DNA of 64,000 nt. Origin: a virus. Made by a program: the position numbers and the translations under genes. Shown here piece after piece: positions 55,101 to 64,000 of this stretch. The stretch spans positions 24,573-88,572 of the IMG/VR virus record IMGVR_UViG_3300018044_000001. One strand, written 5' to 3'. Position 1 is the stretch's first letter; the number at the start of each line of letters is the position of its first letter. The notes under the pieces were generated by a model. The model was not told where the DNA came from. It was given only the letters and a program-made list of their open reading frames with translations, and searched no databases.

Positions 55101-55852
55101 ACAGGGATGCCGTTCACCGTGTACCCTGACGCACTCGAAGGTGCACCGCCACGGCGCACTATCGGATCTGCTGGTTCCTGCCAATCGACCCAGCACTTAT
55201 CGCGCAGCCACCGCATCGGGTCTTTGGCAATCGTCAATCCTCCGTTGCATGCTGCTGCGTAGTTGCATGCTCCGTCAATAGCGGCATGGAGGTCAGTCTC
55301 TGAAAGTTTCTTCCACCGTTCTTCACTGTCACCTCGTCCAAGTCGCTTCCCGTTGCGCTTGGGATAGATTTCCCAAAACTCATCGAAACCAAGAAGCAAA
55401 TCGATGTGTTCCTCCGGAACACTTCCTATGATCCTAGATCCTATGATCCTAGATCCTAGATCAGGGCGGAGAAACTCCGGAGACTCTCCAGAGTTATTCG
55501 CGAGTGATTCCGGAATATTTCCGGAGGGGTTCGGGATTCTCGACGGACCCGGATGTGAAATCTTCTGGTGCTTCCACTCCCTGACCTGGATATATCTCGC
55601 TCCGTTGACCTCGTAGCGCACGATGGCATCAACGTTTGCGAGTGCTTGCAGCCAACGCTCCACGCGCTTAGCGGTCACATGTTCGTCGTGTGGGAAAAGT
55701 GATCCGGCCAATAATTTTGACGAATCGATCAGCTTTCCTTCGTCATCGGCTTCAGTCCAGATGCCAATGAACAGAAAACGCGCCTCGATTGGTACTCGCG
55801 CGAGCGTCGCGGACGTAAAAGTTTCAGGTTTAACGGATCGAATTCTTGCCAT
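55097..55852 (-). CDS. Phage replication initiator
   Basis: MARIRSVKPETF, ADDEG, WKHQKI, FDEFWEIYPK; upstream of the helicase. Confidence 0.8.
   Translation of the reverse strand: MARIRSVKPETFTSATLARVPIEARFLFIGIWTEADDEGKLIDSSKLLAGSLFPHDEHVTAKRVERWLQALANVDAIVRYEVNGARYIQVREWKHQKISHPGPSRIPNPSGNIPESLANNSGESPEFLRPDLGSRIIGSRIIGSVPEEHIDLLLGFDEFWEIYPKRNGKRLGRGDSEERWKKLSETDLHAAIDGACNYAAACNGGLTIAKDPMRWLRDKCWVDWQEPADPIVRRGGAPSSASGYTVNGIPV
55425..55462. repeat. Iteron-like repeats inside the initiator gene (candidate origin)
   Basis: CCTATGATCCTAGAT x2 plus CCTAGATC. Confidence 0.55.
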
Positions 55853-56057
55853 TATCCACAGCTTTCCCACAGCCTAGGCTAACCTCATCATACCACCCTC
55901 GCACCGGCGCGTCATCCCCGCACTCGCGGCACGCCTCAGCCCTGTCTGGACTCGTCCACCCGTGCGGAAAGTGCATCCGCGGATCACGTCGTGACAGCGG
56001 ATCTTTCGTGTCCATGAACCTACCGGCACCCTCGCAGATGTGTGTGTAGACGATCAT
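55830..56057 (-). CDS. Hypothetical protein
   Basis: ATGA coupling. Confidence 0.45.
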   Translation of the reverse strand: MIVYTHICEGAGRFMDTKDPLSRRDPRMHFPHGWTSPDRAEACRECGDDAPVRGWYDEVSLGCGKAVDNGKNSIR

Positions 56058-56251
56058 TGATGACTCTCGGGAATGTCGCGCTTATGGTTCAGCCACCGCT
56101 GTGTACGTTCCTCCATCGCCGCCCGTGCCTCTCGCTGTCCCTTGGCGCTGGGGAAAAGGCCACCGCCGTAGCAGTGGCAAACGTTGCGGGATAGCGCGCA
56201 CACCAGACAACGCCCGTCGGCGACCGTCATTTCCATGCAAAGGTTACACAT
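56054..56251 (-). CDS. Small Cys-rich hypothetical protein
   Basis: 65-aa ORF in the operon. Confidence 0.45.
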   Translation of the reverse strand: MCNLCMEMTVADGRCLVCALSRNVCHCYGGGLFPSAKGQREARAAMEERTQRWLNHKRDIPESHQ

Positions 56252-56277
56252 GATGAAAGTCGCAGCTTTCAGCGTAG

Positions 56278-56907
56278 TTATCCACAGGCATCAGAGAATA
56301 AGACTCCTTGAGCGCAGCGCCTGACGATTAGTTCACAGTACCGCTCCGATATTTCAATACCGATAGCGCGCCGCCCCAGTTGTTTGGCCGCTACCAACGT
56401 CGTGCCTGAACCTGCAAAGGGGTCTATGATTATCTGTCCTTTCTCTGACAATCGCTCAACCAACCAACCCATCACGTTATACGGCTTAGGTGACGGGTGG
56501 TCAGGCTTTGCCTCTCGTCCTACCGTGAATCGTTGGATGTCTGAGGCTGAGCGATGAGCGGAACCGCTGGGCGATGTGTAAACGACGCACGGAATGTAGT
56601 TACCGTACCCGATGGCTCCGTGTGTCATGCCGTTGGTCAGATGAGCGATCAGCGTCCACCTATAAGTCCAATCGCCTACCGTTTGAGGACACCGTAACAG
56701 ATTCCATGTACCAGGCATCACGCCGCCTACCGGCGCACAATGCGATGCGAACTGCATCCATGTGAGGGGGAATATATCATCCCACTCAGCCTTGTCAATA
56801 CCATACGGAGGATCGGTCAGCACAAGATCGCCAGTGAGCGAAGGCAAGATGTCCTCACAGTTGCCATGATACAACGTGACCAGTCCATCTTCGTAGTATG
56901 GCTTCAT
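56278..56907 (-). CDS. N6-A/N4-C DNA methyltransferase (beta class)
   Basis: TDPPY, HPSPKP, DPFAGSGTT. Confidence 0.92.
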   Translation of the reverse strand: MKPYYEDGLVTLYHGNCEDILPSLTGDLVLTDPPYGIDKAEWDDIFPLTWMQFASHCAPVGGVMPGTWNLLRCPQTVGDWTYRWTLIAHLTNGMTHGAIGYGNYIPCVVYTSPSGSAHRSASDIQRFTVGREAKPDHPSPKPYNVMGWLVERLSEKGQIIIDPFAGSGTTLVAAKQLGRRAIGIEISERYCELIVRRCAQGVLFSDACG

Positions 56908-57488
56908 TGTTGAAAGTTACCGCTTTCTGCATGGTGATCCACTGGTGTCTCGTAACCATATCCCCATGCATCCCATCCAAGTCTTGGTTGGCGAGCGAAC
57001 AGTTCGACGTAGGGACCAGGCGAGCAAGACTCCACGATGTCACCGAACGCGGGCGGCTTGCGCGAGTGTCCGAGTTTCGGCGCGAGAAAGAAGGTCCGCT
57101 GCCCGCGTGCCCCGTCAAGCGTTGGGAGCGAACCCTTGACGCAAAACAGGACGTGCTCAGTCTGGATGCGGAAGTAGGCACCAAGGCCGAGCGTCCCCTG
57201 CTTGCACCATGTCAGCGTCGTCTTGAAGGTGAACCCCCACGCTTCCGCTACACGCAATCCCTCGGCCAGACCGGAAGCCACGACCCATAGGTAAAGGTGG
57301 GCATCGTGAGCCACCAGTTCAGCCACGGGCATCTCACAGATGTCGTCAACCGTCATAGTGCTGTAGTGGGCCTCCGGCTTGCCGTCAGCCATCCCGACCT
57401 GGGCGCGAGCCTTCGGGTTGTTGGTAGGCCACGGTGGATCGGCCACAATGGTTGCATAAGGCGGCGACAGTCCCTCAAATGTGGTCAT
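56904..57488 (-). CDS. MT-A70 family adenine methyltransferase
   Basis: IVADPPW, HLYLW, TEH, HSRKP, ELFAR. Confidence 0.92.
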   Translation of the reverse strand: MTTFEGLSPPYATIVADPPWPTNNPKARAQVGMADGKPEAHYSTMTVDDICEMPVAELVAHDAHLYLWVVASGLAEGLRVAEAWGFTFKTTLTWCKQGTLGLGAYFRIQTEHVLFCVKGSLPTLDGARGQRTFFLAPKLGHSRKPPAFGDIVESCSPGPYVELFARQPRLGWDAWGYGYETPVDHHAESGNFQQ

Positions 57489-57700
57489 GTCTGAAAGGAA
57501 CCACTTTCTGCATCGTCTGTTGGGTCACCCTTAAATCGGACACCGAACTTACGCAGTTCGTCCATAGCTATGTGAGCCTGGTTTTCGATGATCTCGACCT
57601 GTGGCTTGTGCATTCGAGGCGACGTGAGTAGCACGCGACACTGTTCATACATGCCACGCCAAAACCACTCCTGCTGTTCTACGGGCAGATCAGTCAACAT
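57485..57700 (-). CDS. Hypothetical protein
   Basis: AGGGAG SD, ATGA overlap. Confidence 0.55.
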   Translation of the reverse strand: MLTDLPVEQQEWFWRGMYEQCRVLLTSPRMHKPQVEIIENQAHIAMDELRKFGVRFKGDPTDDAESGSFQT

Positions 57701-57730
57701 GTTGTCTCCCTTGGTAGAAAGTTGGTACTT

Positions 57731-58420
57731 TCATAAGTCCATACCCTCCATTGCAAAGAATGCCCCCTGTGCTAAACGCCTAACCGTGGTCTCGCAGTAA
57801 TCAGCGTTTATTTCTATACCGATAGCGTGTCGTCCTATCTGTTTGGCTGCCACCAACGTCGAACCCGTGCCCGCAAACGGATCAATCACAACACCCGGCG
57901 GGCACTTGAGTAAAAGATTCTCAAGCAACGCAATCGGTTTTTCGTGTGGATGCGTGCGTCCCGCACTCGCCCATGATACTGGCCCTGGAAAGTTGAGAGC
58001 CGAAGTCCCTCTGTGTCCTATAAATCCAGCGCCTAATACATAAATCTCTTCGGTGTTCGGTTTCCACGGTAATGATAGGTCGCCCATACCTAAGTGGTCG
58101 CCTTTGATCCACGTCAAAATATGACGCGTTGAGGATGGCCGTGGCACTTTCCATGTGCCAAACACCAGTGCGGGTTTCATATCCCACATCTGGATGATGT
58201 CATCCCTTAGGGAAGTGTCTTCGTCACCAACAATAGAAACCGTACGGTCAGCGGTCCGAGCCGTCTCATAACGCACGCCGTGCATGTTGGAAACAAACTC
58301 AATACAGTAAGGTGGATCGGTTACCATGACAGCACACTGATCAGATACAGAGGGAAAAATGGTTCGACTATCACCCAGATATAATGTCACAACCTCGTCC
58401 CGGTAGTATGGTTCAACCAT
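57731..58420 (-). CDS. N6-A/N4-C DNA methyltransferase (beta class)
   Basis: TDPPY, HPHEKP, DPFAGTGST. Confidence 0.92.
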   Translation of the reverse strand: MVEPYYRDEVVTLYLGDSRTIFPSVSDQCAVMVTDPPYCIEFVSNMHGVRYETARTADRTVSIVGDEDTSLRDDIIQMWDMKPALVFGTWKVPRPSSTRHILTWIKGDHLGMGDLSLPWKPNTEEIYVLGAGFIGHRGTSALNFPGPVSWASAGRTHPHEKPIALLENLLLKCPPGVVIDPFAGTGSTLVAAKQIGRHAIGIEINADYCETTVRRLAQGAFFAMEGMDL

Positions 58421-58750
58421 CGCCGTAATCCCCGTCGTAAGCGTCTTCCTGTGCGCACCAGTAGCATGCGCCGCCAGAGGTTTCGACCTCGTTGCCGTGC
58501 GGACAGTAAAACGGCCCGTCGTGTTCATCGTCGTCTTCCTTTGGTATGTCAACCATGTGTGAAAGCTCTAACTTTCATCATCTATGTCCCTTAAAGAACT
58601 CTGGCTCTGTCTCAGCATATGCTTTGGCCAACGGGTCAGGAGCGGGCCTGTATTTACGCGAATGATCCCGGTTGGCGATCTTACAATCATCGCACCGACA
58701 CCCACACTGATATGCGTATATCGTGCCGTGTTTTACCTCCAGGTTCTTGC

Positions 58751-59026
58751 TCACCGTTCACGTCCCCGTCTGCGCCGTTCTAACTCCCTCTCTTTTCTGT
58801 TCATGCCGCCCCAGATGCCCAACGACTCGCCCGTGTCAATAGCATAGTCCAGACAGTCGCGCAACACGGGACAGTCCTTGCACGCCCGCTTGGCCGCGAC
58901 TTCCTCTGCGGAACGCGAGTGTGTCTCGTGTCGCTCGTTATGCGGGTGGAACATATCAGGGTCGGTACCCCTGCACGCCGCGTTGGCACGCCACGTTTGG
59001 TTCTGCATCCAATCGAACATGCTCAC
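58751..59026 (-). CDS. whiB: WhiB family transcription factor
   Basis: W...AAC...DPDMF...C..CPV..DC...GIWGG. Confidence 0.95.
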   Translation of the reverse strand: MSMFDWMQNQTWRANAACRGTDPDMFHPHNERHETHSRSAEEVAAKRACKDCPVLRDCLDYAIDTGESLGIWGGMNRKERELERRRRGRER

Positions 59027-59382
59027 GCTAACACCTGCTCTACCTCGTGCCAATCTTTTGGATGAACACACCCTATGATCACGTTGCCATCCGGTGCCAT
59101 AACGTAATCACGCCCCCACTCTACACCACTCAGCGCCGTAAGCCAACGATACTGGTCCGGCGTCGGGTAGCAACCGTACTTCTTGAGTTCGAGGATGACG
59201 ATGCGACCACCGCGTGCGAGGGTCAGATCAGGGTAGCCCCTGTCGCCCTGTTGCGCCGTGTACCACCTGCCGTCCCTGTTGCCGCGTACGGGATGGAACA
59301 CGAGCCAGCCGTGGTCGTGCGCGCAACCGACGATCTTGGCCTTGAAATCGTCCTCACTGATCACTTTGTCTATCGTGGTCAT
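59023..59382 (-). CDS. VRR-NUC nuclease
   Basis: GYPDL...ILELK...TPDQYRW. Confidence 0.8.
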   Translation of the reverse strand: MTTIDKVISEDDFKAKIVGCAHDHGWLVFHPVRGNRDGRWYTAQQGDRGYPDLTLARGGRIVILELKKYGCYPTPDQYRWLTALSGVEWGRDYVMAPDGNVIIGCVHPKDWHEVEQVLA

Positions 59383-59837
59383 TTCGGCCGATCGTCCAAT
59401 TCTGGGTGCGTCCTCTGAAAATGGTACAACGCGAACATGTGCCACGCCGCGCAAATCAGATGGGACGTGCCGGTTTCGGCGTCTTCGTCGCTGCCAGCCC
59501 ACCACTCCCACATGTGTCGTTGTGCCGCTGCGAAGTTGAGACTGTAATCGGTGCCTAATTCCCAATTCCGATCCGCGTACTTTGTGGCGCCGCGTCCGTA
59601 GTGCTCAGCCAGCGCCCAGAGTGCGTCAGGCGGGATCAGATCAAATCGGGAGACCTTCATGCCCTTCGCTCCACCGGTCACCGCATTGACAACGCGTGTC
59701 TCGGTCTGCGGTGTCGTCAGTTTCCCGTCGACATACACGAACCTCTCTTCGCAGAGGTGACAATATGTTTGCCCGTCTTCACCAATAGCGTACTCGTGCT
59801 GATGTGCGCCCACGACGGTCACCGGAGCCGCGCCCAC
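59379..59837 (-). CDS. dATP/dGTP diphosphohydrolase-like protein (DUF5664-like)
   Basis: RFDLIP, GATKYADRNWELG, ETGTSHL motifs. Confidence 0.8.
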   Translation of the reverse strand: MGAAPVTVVGAHQHEYAIGEDGQTYCHLCEERFVYVDGKLTTPQTETRVVNAVTGGAKGMKVSRFDLIPPDALWALAEHYGRGATKYADRNWELGTDYSLNFAAAQRHMWEWWAGSDEDAETGTSHLICAAWHMFALYHFQRTHPELDDRPK

Positions 59838-60175
59838 GCTATCAGTTCGCCTATTTCATAGAAGACGGGCATCGGAGGGTTCTGTTCTAGTGCGAACTTG
59901 ACCTCATTGTCGGCACCTGTTGACTCACCCGGCAAACGTAGCAACGCATCACAACGTGCCAGTATGGCTAGGTCGTATTCGTACCAGTAATCGGGTTCGT
60001 GTGGTACTACGATGTGCCACAGCAGAGACAGGTGCGGCACATAAGCTGTGATGAGTCCTGTTGCCTGTAGTTCGTCGGCTACCCGAATCGTCTGATGCGT
60101 GTTCTCTACGGGATCAGGTCGAACGTACGGGCCAGCGATGTAAACGAACGGTCTATCCACAAATGAAGTTGTCAT
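59819..60175 (-). CDS. Nucleoside deoxyribosyltransferase-like (DUF4406-like) protein
   Basis: VYIAGPY, CDALLRLPGESTGADNE. Confidence 0.75.
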   Translation of the reverse strand: MTTSFVDRPFVYIAGPYVRPDPVENTHQTIRVADELQATGLITAYVPHLSLLWHIVVPHEPDYWYEYDLAILARCDALLRLPGESTGADNEVKFALEQNPPMPVFYEIGELIAWARLR

Positions 60176-60183
60176 AACCCCAT

Positions 60184-61293
60184 CTACCAAGGCTCGTCAC
60201 TGTATCCGCCGAAGTCATCAGGCGGTGGTTCGTCTGACACTGGCGGTGGTGTCGCTGTCCGTCGTGGCTTGGGTTCTTCCCCTGCATCCAACATCAGCGC
60301 CTCGATCAGTGTAGACGCTTCGGCCTTGGTCAGTTCCTTGCTAGTCGTGAACGGGTGATTGAATTTCTCGGCTAAGAAATCAAGTCGTTCCTGTCTGTCC
60401 GTGATCTTGATCTTGTTGAACAGGCGAGCGATGTTGCGACCCTGTGGTTCTGTTAGCAACGGTTCGCTACTCGCAGCCGCAGCAGGTCGTGGTGCAACGT
60501 GCGTAGGCGGCAATACTTCAGCCGCGTTAGCACGCGCTGGCTTTGCTACGGGTGTCTCTACTGCTGCTACCTGATCACCGATGCTACGCGTCGCCGGTTG
60601 GGCAATCGGAGTCACACCAGACTCAATCGCTGCAGGTCGTGCCCCACCAGTCAATGCAGCAACGGATAGGTTCAGGTCTAACACGGGCACGGCAAAGTTG
60701 TACGTCTTGCCATCCTTCTGGGATTGTCGCTGTTCTAGCAACAGGCGCGCTGGGACCATCGCCCCGCGCCCTTGGATCACCCGCAGCACTTCGATGGCAC
60801 CATTCAGTTCGCTGGCACCGTTCCACCCGTGGAGTTCGAGACGCCAAATGCCAATGCCCTGGATCGCGGTCAGGATGACGCCAAGGCGCGTCGTCGGTTT
60901 GCACTCGGGATTGTCGGGATCACACGAGCACGGCGTGTCGTTGATGACGTTCGTCTGTCCGTCGCATCGCTTCTTGCACCCACCACCGGACCAACACTCC
61001 ATCCATTGCGAGAATGCCAAATCCACAGGAGGCACGAGCACGTCCAGGCACTTGCAGTCAGAGTAAAGCTCGAACTGCTCGCCAACGGGAGCGTCTGCCC
61101 ACAGCGTGACCTCGCCGCCGCACAGCTCAGCGATGGCGAGCATGGATTGCTTGTCGGCACTCGTAAAGCGGAACTTGTCTAACTTGGCCGGACGTGTCGT
61201 GTCGTTGCCGTTCCTGTCCTTGGCGGCAACCTGATTCCCGATACGGATGCGTCCAGCCTCGCGAAGCCTGCGCTGCAGATCAATGATTGGCAC
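60184..61293 (-). CDS. Recombination protein (gp3/RDF-like family)
   Basis: MPIIDLQRRLREAGRIRIG, RCDG, CKPTTRL; paired with an exonuclease. Confidence 0.7.
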   Translation of the reverse strand: MPIIDLQRRLREAGRIRIGNQVAAKDRNGNDTTRPAKLDKFRFTSADKQSMLAIAELCGGEVTLWADAPVGEQFELYSDCKCLDVLVPPVDLAFSQWMECWSGGGCKKRCDGQTNVINDTPCSCDPDNPECKPTTRLGVILTAIQGIGIWRLELHGWNGASELNGAIEVLRVIQGRGAMVPARLLLEQRQSQKDGKTYNFAVPVLDLNLSVAALTGGARPAAIESGVTPIAQPATRSIGDQVAAVETPVAKPARANAAEVLPPTHVAPRPAAAASSEPLLTEPQGRNIARLFNKIKITDRQERLDFLAEKFNHPFTTSKELTKAEASTLIEALMLDAGEEPKPRRTATPPPVSDEPPPDDFGGYSDEPW

Positions 61294-62150
61294 TACCCCT
61301 CCTTTTCTAACGGGTCGCCCATGATATGACGGCTTGTCTGATTCACCCAACGATACGACTCTAGCACATACAAGAACGACTGATACGCATCCTCGTCCGC
61401 GTTGATCGGAAACGCATCGCAGTGCTCTGGCGTCAAGTGCAACACCAGGCAACTGTCAACCTCAGGTACAGGTTGAGCGTTCTCGCGTTCGGTCATCCCT
61501 AGCAGGTAGTATCTTCTTTTCTGATACTCATACCGTCGTGGTCGCCACGCCGCAGCGTACTCACCGTAACGATAGGCGGCGAGTTGTAGCCCGACCTGTT
61601 CAGGGTACGGCGTCGTCTTCTTGCCGCGCGAGTCGATGGACTTGCGGGTCGACTTGTAGTCCAACAGGAACCGCACGCCTTCGACTGTGGCGATGGCGTC
61701 AAGCGTGCCAGCGTACCCGTACGTCGGGTTATAAATTGTCATCTCGGCGGCTTCGTAAACTGGCTGGAACTTCTGCATCCAGCGGTCGGCCTGGACGATG
61801 AACGGGCGTACTTCGTCATCAACGTCGGGGAACTTGCCAGTCAGGGCTAGTTGCTCAAGTGCGTCGTGGACGGCGGTGCCAAGGTCTTTGGCGGATCGCT
61901 GACCCTTTGGCTTGCGGAAACGAGCGTCACGCAGCCACTTGACTACTTCCTCTGCGCCGTCCTCTTCCACTCGGACGAGTAAGGACTTAGCTACAGCCAC
62001 GGCAGCTTTGGCCGACTCCTCCGCAGCCCAGTAAAGCAACGCGGGCTTGTCAAGTGCGCCGATGATCGTCGTTACCGAGTAGAGCCGTTGATCGTCGGGT
62101 GCGGGCTTGTCAACGAGCAACTCTTCTGGCGATCTGTCCTGGTCGGCCAT
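61293..62150 (-). CDS. PD-(D/E)XK exonuclease (RecE/Cas4-like)
   Basis: SVTTII, GTAVH, YAGTLD, LLDYKS, QLAAY. Confidence 0.85.
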   Translation of the reverse strand: MADQDRSPEELLVDKPAPDDQRLYSVTTIIGALDKPALLYWAAEESAKAAVAVAKSLLVRVEEDGAEEVVKWLRDARFRKPKGQRSAKDLGTAVHDALEQLALTGKFPDVDDEVRPFIVQADRWMQKFQPVYEAAEMTIYNPTYGYAGTLDAIATVEGVRFLLDYKSTRKSIDSRGKKTTPYPEQVGLQLAAYRYGEYAAAWRPRRYEYQKRRYYLLGMTERENAQPVPEVDSCLVLHLTPEHCDAFPINADEDAYQSFLYVLESYRWVNQTSRHIMGDPLEKEG

Positions 62151-62298
62151 TATTTCTTCTCGCTGCCGGGACGACGGTACGCCTCTGGGAAGTCAGTCAT
62201 CATCTTGGATGCCTGCCACTTCTTGATGCGTGCCTTCAGTCTAGCACCCCGATGCTTCCCCCGTCTGCTCAGCCCCACAACACCCTCGCCTCGCTGCT

Positions 62299-62484
62299 TC
62301 ACCGCATGATCTCCTGTTCGTCGTACTCTTCCTTGGTCGCTGGCTGATCGCATGGCGTCTGACACGCACCGCACGTACCGGTGCCCATCATCGGCAGCGT
62401 CTTGTGAACGCGGCAGGCGCATCGGACGTAGACGAACGCGCTTCGTGCGATGATGTCCTTGACCTCGCGCTCAAAACTGTTCAC
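62299..62484 (-). CDS. Small Cys-rich hypothetical protein
   Basis: AAGGAA SD; GTGA overlaps. Confidence 0.5.
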   Translation of the reverse strand: MNSFEREVKDIIARSAFVYVRCACRVHKTLPMMGTGTCGACQTPCDQPATKEEYDEQEIMR

Positions 62485-62675
62485 TGTTCCTTCTTACCCC
62501 ATTGCACGTGCCACCAGCCGCAGTAGGGACAGTAGTAAGGTGTTTGCATCGGCCGATGTCCACCCTGGAACGTGGCGGTCAGCGACTTGGCAGCAGCCCA
62601 GGCATCGGCGATCGTTGCGAACTGACGCGGGTGCTTGTAGGTGTAGGAACCGTCCACAACGTACTGGCTGCTCAC
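62481..62675 (-). CDS. Small zinc-binding protein
   Basis: YYCPYCGWWH; GGGAGG SD; first gene after the leftward promoter. Confidence 0.6.
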   Translation of the reverse strand: MSSQYVVDGSYTYKHPRQFATIADAWAAAKSLTATFQGGHRPMQTPYYCPYCGWWHVQWGKKEQ

Positions 62676-62698
62676 GCGAGCCTCCCTTCGTCACTCGA

Positions 62699-62774
62699 AC
62701 TGTACCCGTTCCCGCTGTCGTTGTCAACCGACCCGAGAAAAGCGGTTGCATCCGGCGCGGGATAGTGCTACAGT
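62699..62774. promoter_or_regulatory. Back-to-back divergent promoters
   Basis: Minus: TTGACA(62727-22)-17-TACAGT; plus: TTGCAT(62746-51)-17-TACAGT. Confidence 0.7.
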
Positions 62775-62781
62775 ACCACTC

Positions 62782-62943
62782 GTGAGCGCTGGCGACGACA
62801 AGGAATGCCTGTTCGTGGCGGGGACGCCGATCTGGTCCCCGTGGCGCGACCCGACGTTCCTGGCAGCAATCAAGGCAGCCAGCGACGCGTACCACGCGGC
62901 AGTTGAGATGGCACTAGCGGAATGGGAGGCAGGACGTGAGTAA
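62782..62943 (+). CDS. Hypothetical protein, probably leaderless
   Basis: GTG 7 nt after the -10 box. Confidence 0.45.
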   Translation: MSAGDDKECLFVAGTPIWSPWRDPTFLAAIKAASDAYHAAVEMALAEWEAGRE

Positions 62944-63190
62944 GTCGGTGTACGTGCTGTACAAGGACGTAGATGGCGATATTTTCCACAAGGGGTTCTG
63001 CGATTTTCTGGGTGTCTACGGAACTCTGGACGATGCCAAAACAACAGCCGATCACTATGACCTCAAGAAAAAGTTACGATGGGAACACGACGAGTACGGC
63101 GGCATCTTCGGTCAGTCTGCGTGGACAGCCAAGATCAAGAAGGGCATCATCGCCGTGATCGAAGATTGTGACGTGGGCGAAGCGTCATGA
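62936..63190 (+). CDS. Hypothetical protein
   Basis: GGAGG SD; VYVL...GVYGTLDDAK. Confidence 0.6.
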   Translation: MSKSVYVLYKDVDGDIFHKGFCDFLGVYGTLDDAKTTADHYDLKKKLRWEHDEYGGIFGQSAWTAKIKKGIIAVIEDCDVGEAS

Positions 63191-63298
63191 CCAACTGGTT
63201 CAAGCAGCTATTCTGCAAGCACGACTGGACCTACGTGCACCCGATCAACGCGAAGCAACGATCGTACTGGCTGTGCACGAAGTGCTGGAGGCGCATCA

Positions 63299-63553
63299 AT
63301 GAGTGAAAACCCGCAAGATCGGCGCAAGTGCTTTATTGGGTGGCTCGCAGAAGACCTGCCAGATGAAGAGGCGCTAGATGAATTCCTTGCTGACTTGGTA
63401 GATGACGACAGTTTTGCCGAGGTCATCGTTGAACGTCCGCCATCGTATACGAACCAGACCGTCATTTGGCACTCGCACCGCGAAGATGAACACTCCTACA
63501 AGGGATCGCGCGCACTGCCCGTGTTCATAGAATGGGAACCAACCGATGTCTGA
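63299..63553 (+). CDS. Acidic hypothetical protein
   Basis: GGAGG SD. Confidence 0.55.
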   Translation: MSENPQDRRKCFIGWLAEDLPDEEALDEFLADLVDDDSFAEVIVERPPSYTNQTVIWHSHREDEHSYKGSRALPVFIEWEPTDV

Positions 63554-63866
63554 AAGTCTGAGCTTTCTGCAACCATTCACATCTGACGAGATAGCGGAGA
63601 AACGTCGATATGTAGCTAGTCGTGTGGCTCGCGACCATTGGGGTGCAGGGGAATTGGGGTACGTTGACCATGAAGCGCGCTGGCTGGCAACCATCGATCA
63701 GATCATAGAGCAACGTGACGCCGCGGAAGAAAGAGAGATGTCGTGCTACGCTTGGGCCAAGGCAGCGCGCAAAAAAGGTAGTGGATTACCGCCATCACGT
63801 GCACTGCGCTGGATTGACGAGATGGGCGATCGCATATTCGCCAAGATCGAAGGGAACGACGCCTGA
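63546..63866 (+). CDS. Hypothetical protein flanked by 28-bp direct repeats
   Basis: 106-aa ORF in the plus-strand operon. Confidence 0.55.
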   Translation: MSESLSFLQPFTSDEIAEKRRYVASRVARDHWGAGELGYVDHEARWLATIDQIIEQRDAAEEREMSCYAWAKAARKKGSGLPPSRALRWIDEMGDRIFAKIEGNDA

Positions 63867-64000
63867 TGTCTGAAAGTCTGAACTTTCTGCAAAGGAGGAG
63901 TAGTGTCAACGTACTATAAGTGGCTCAATCCTGGCCGTATCACTACGTACCAATCGGTCAAGTGGCCGAAGCGGGTTGGATCTTGGACGCCAGATACAAA

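Noticed and set aside
59379-59837. Z-genome (2-aminoadenine) pathway
   Set aside because: Only a DUF5664-like gene is seen; no PurZ in this window, and adenine methyltransferases are present
61293-62150. Cas4 of a CRISPR system
   Set aside because: No Fe-S cysteine set, cas neighbours or array; it pairs with a recombination protein like a phage exonuclease

Overview
About 64 kb of a tailed (siphovirus-like) phage or prophage genome. WhiB, an Lsr2 domain and an Rpf-like transglycosylase point to an actinobacterial host. Almost all genes are on the minus strand. Read right to left: recombination, nucleotide metabolism and three methyltransferases; replication initiator and helicase; ClpP-like protease; terminase; a 7-gene glycosylation cluster; an array of 35 tRNA or tRNA-like genes covering all 20 amino acids; a 1555-aa portal-Nudix-2H-ART-MuF fusion; protease and scaffold; major capsid; accessory structural genes; head-tail and tail genes. 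Main observations: (1) the major capsid gene is split by five group I introns into six exons, including 47-nt and 32-nt micro-exons, which rejoin into one 596-aa frame; (2) three tRNA-like genes for the rare codons AGA, AGG and AUA lack a D-arm and carry a D-loop-like motif on the 3' side; (3) the portal-effector gene has a C_CCA_AAA slippery site plus hairpin at a domain junction; (4) two endonuclease genes share a kissing-loop leader that hides the ribosome binding site; (5) several unexplained structured RNAs lie in the tRNA array. All calls come from reading the sequence by eye; no database searches or folding programs were run.
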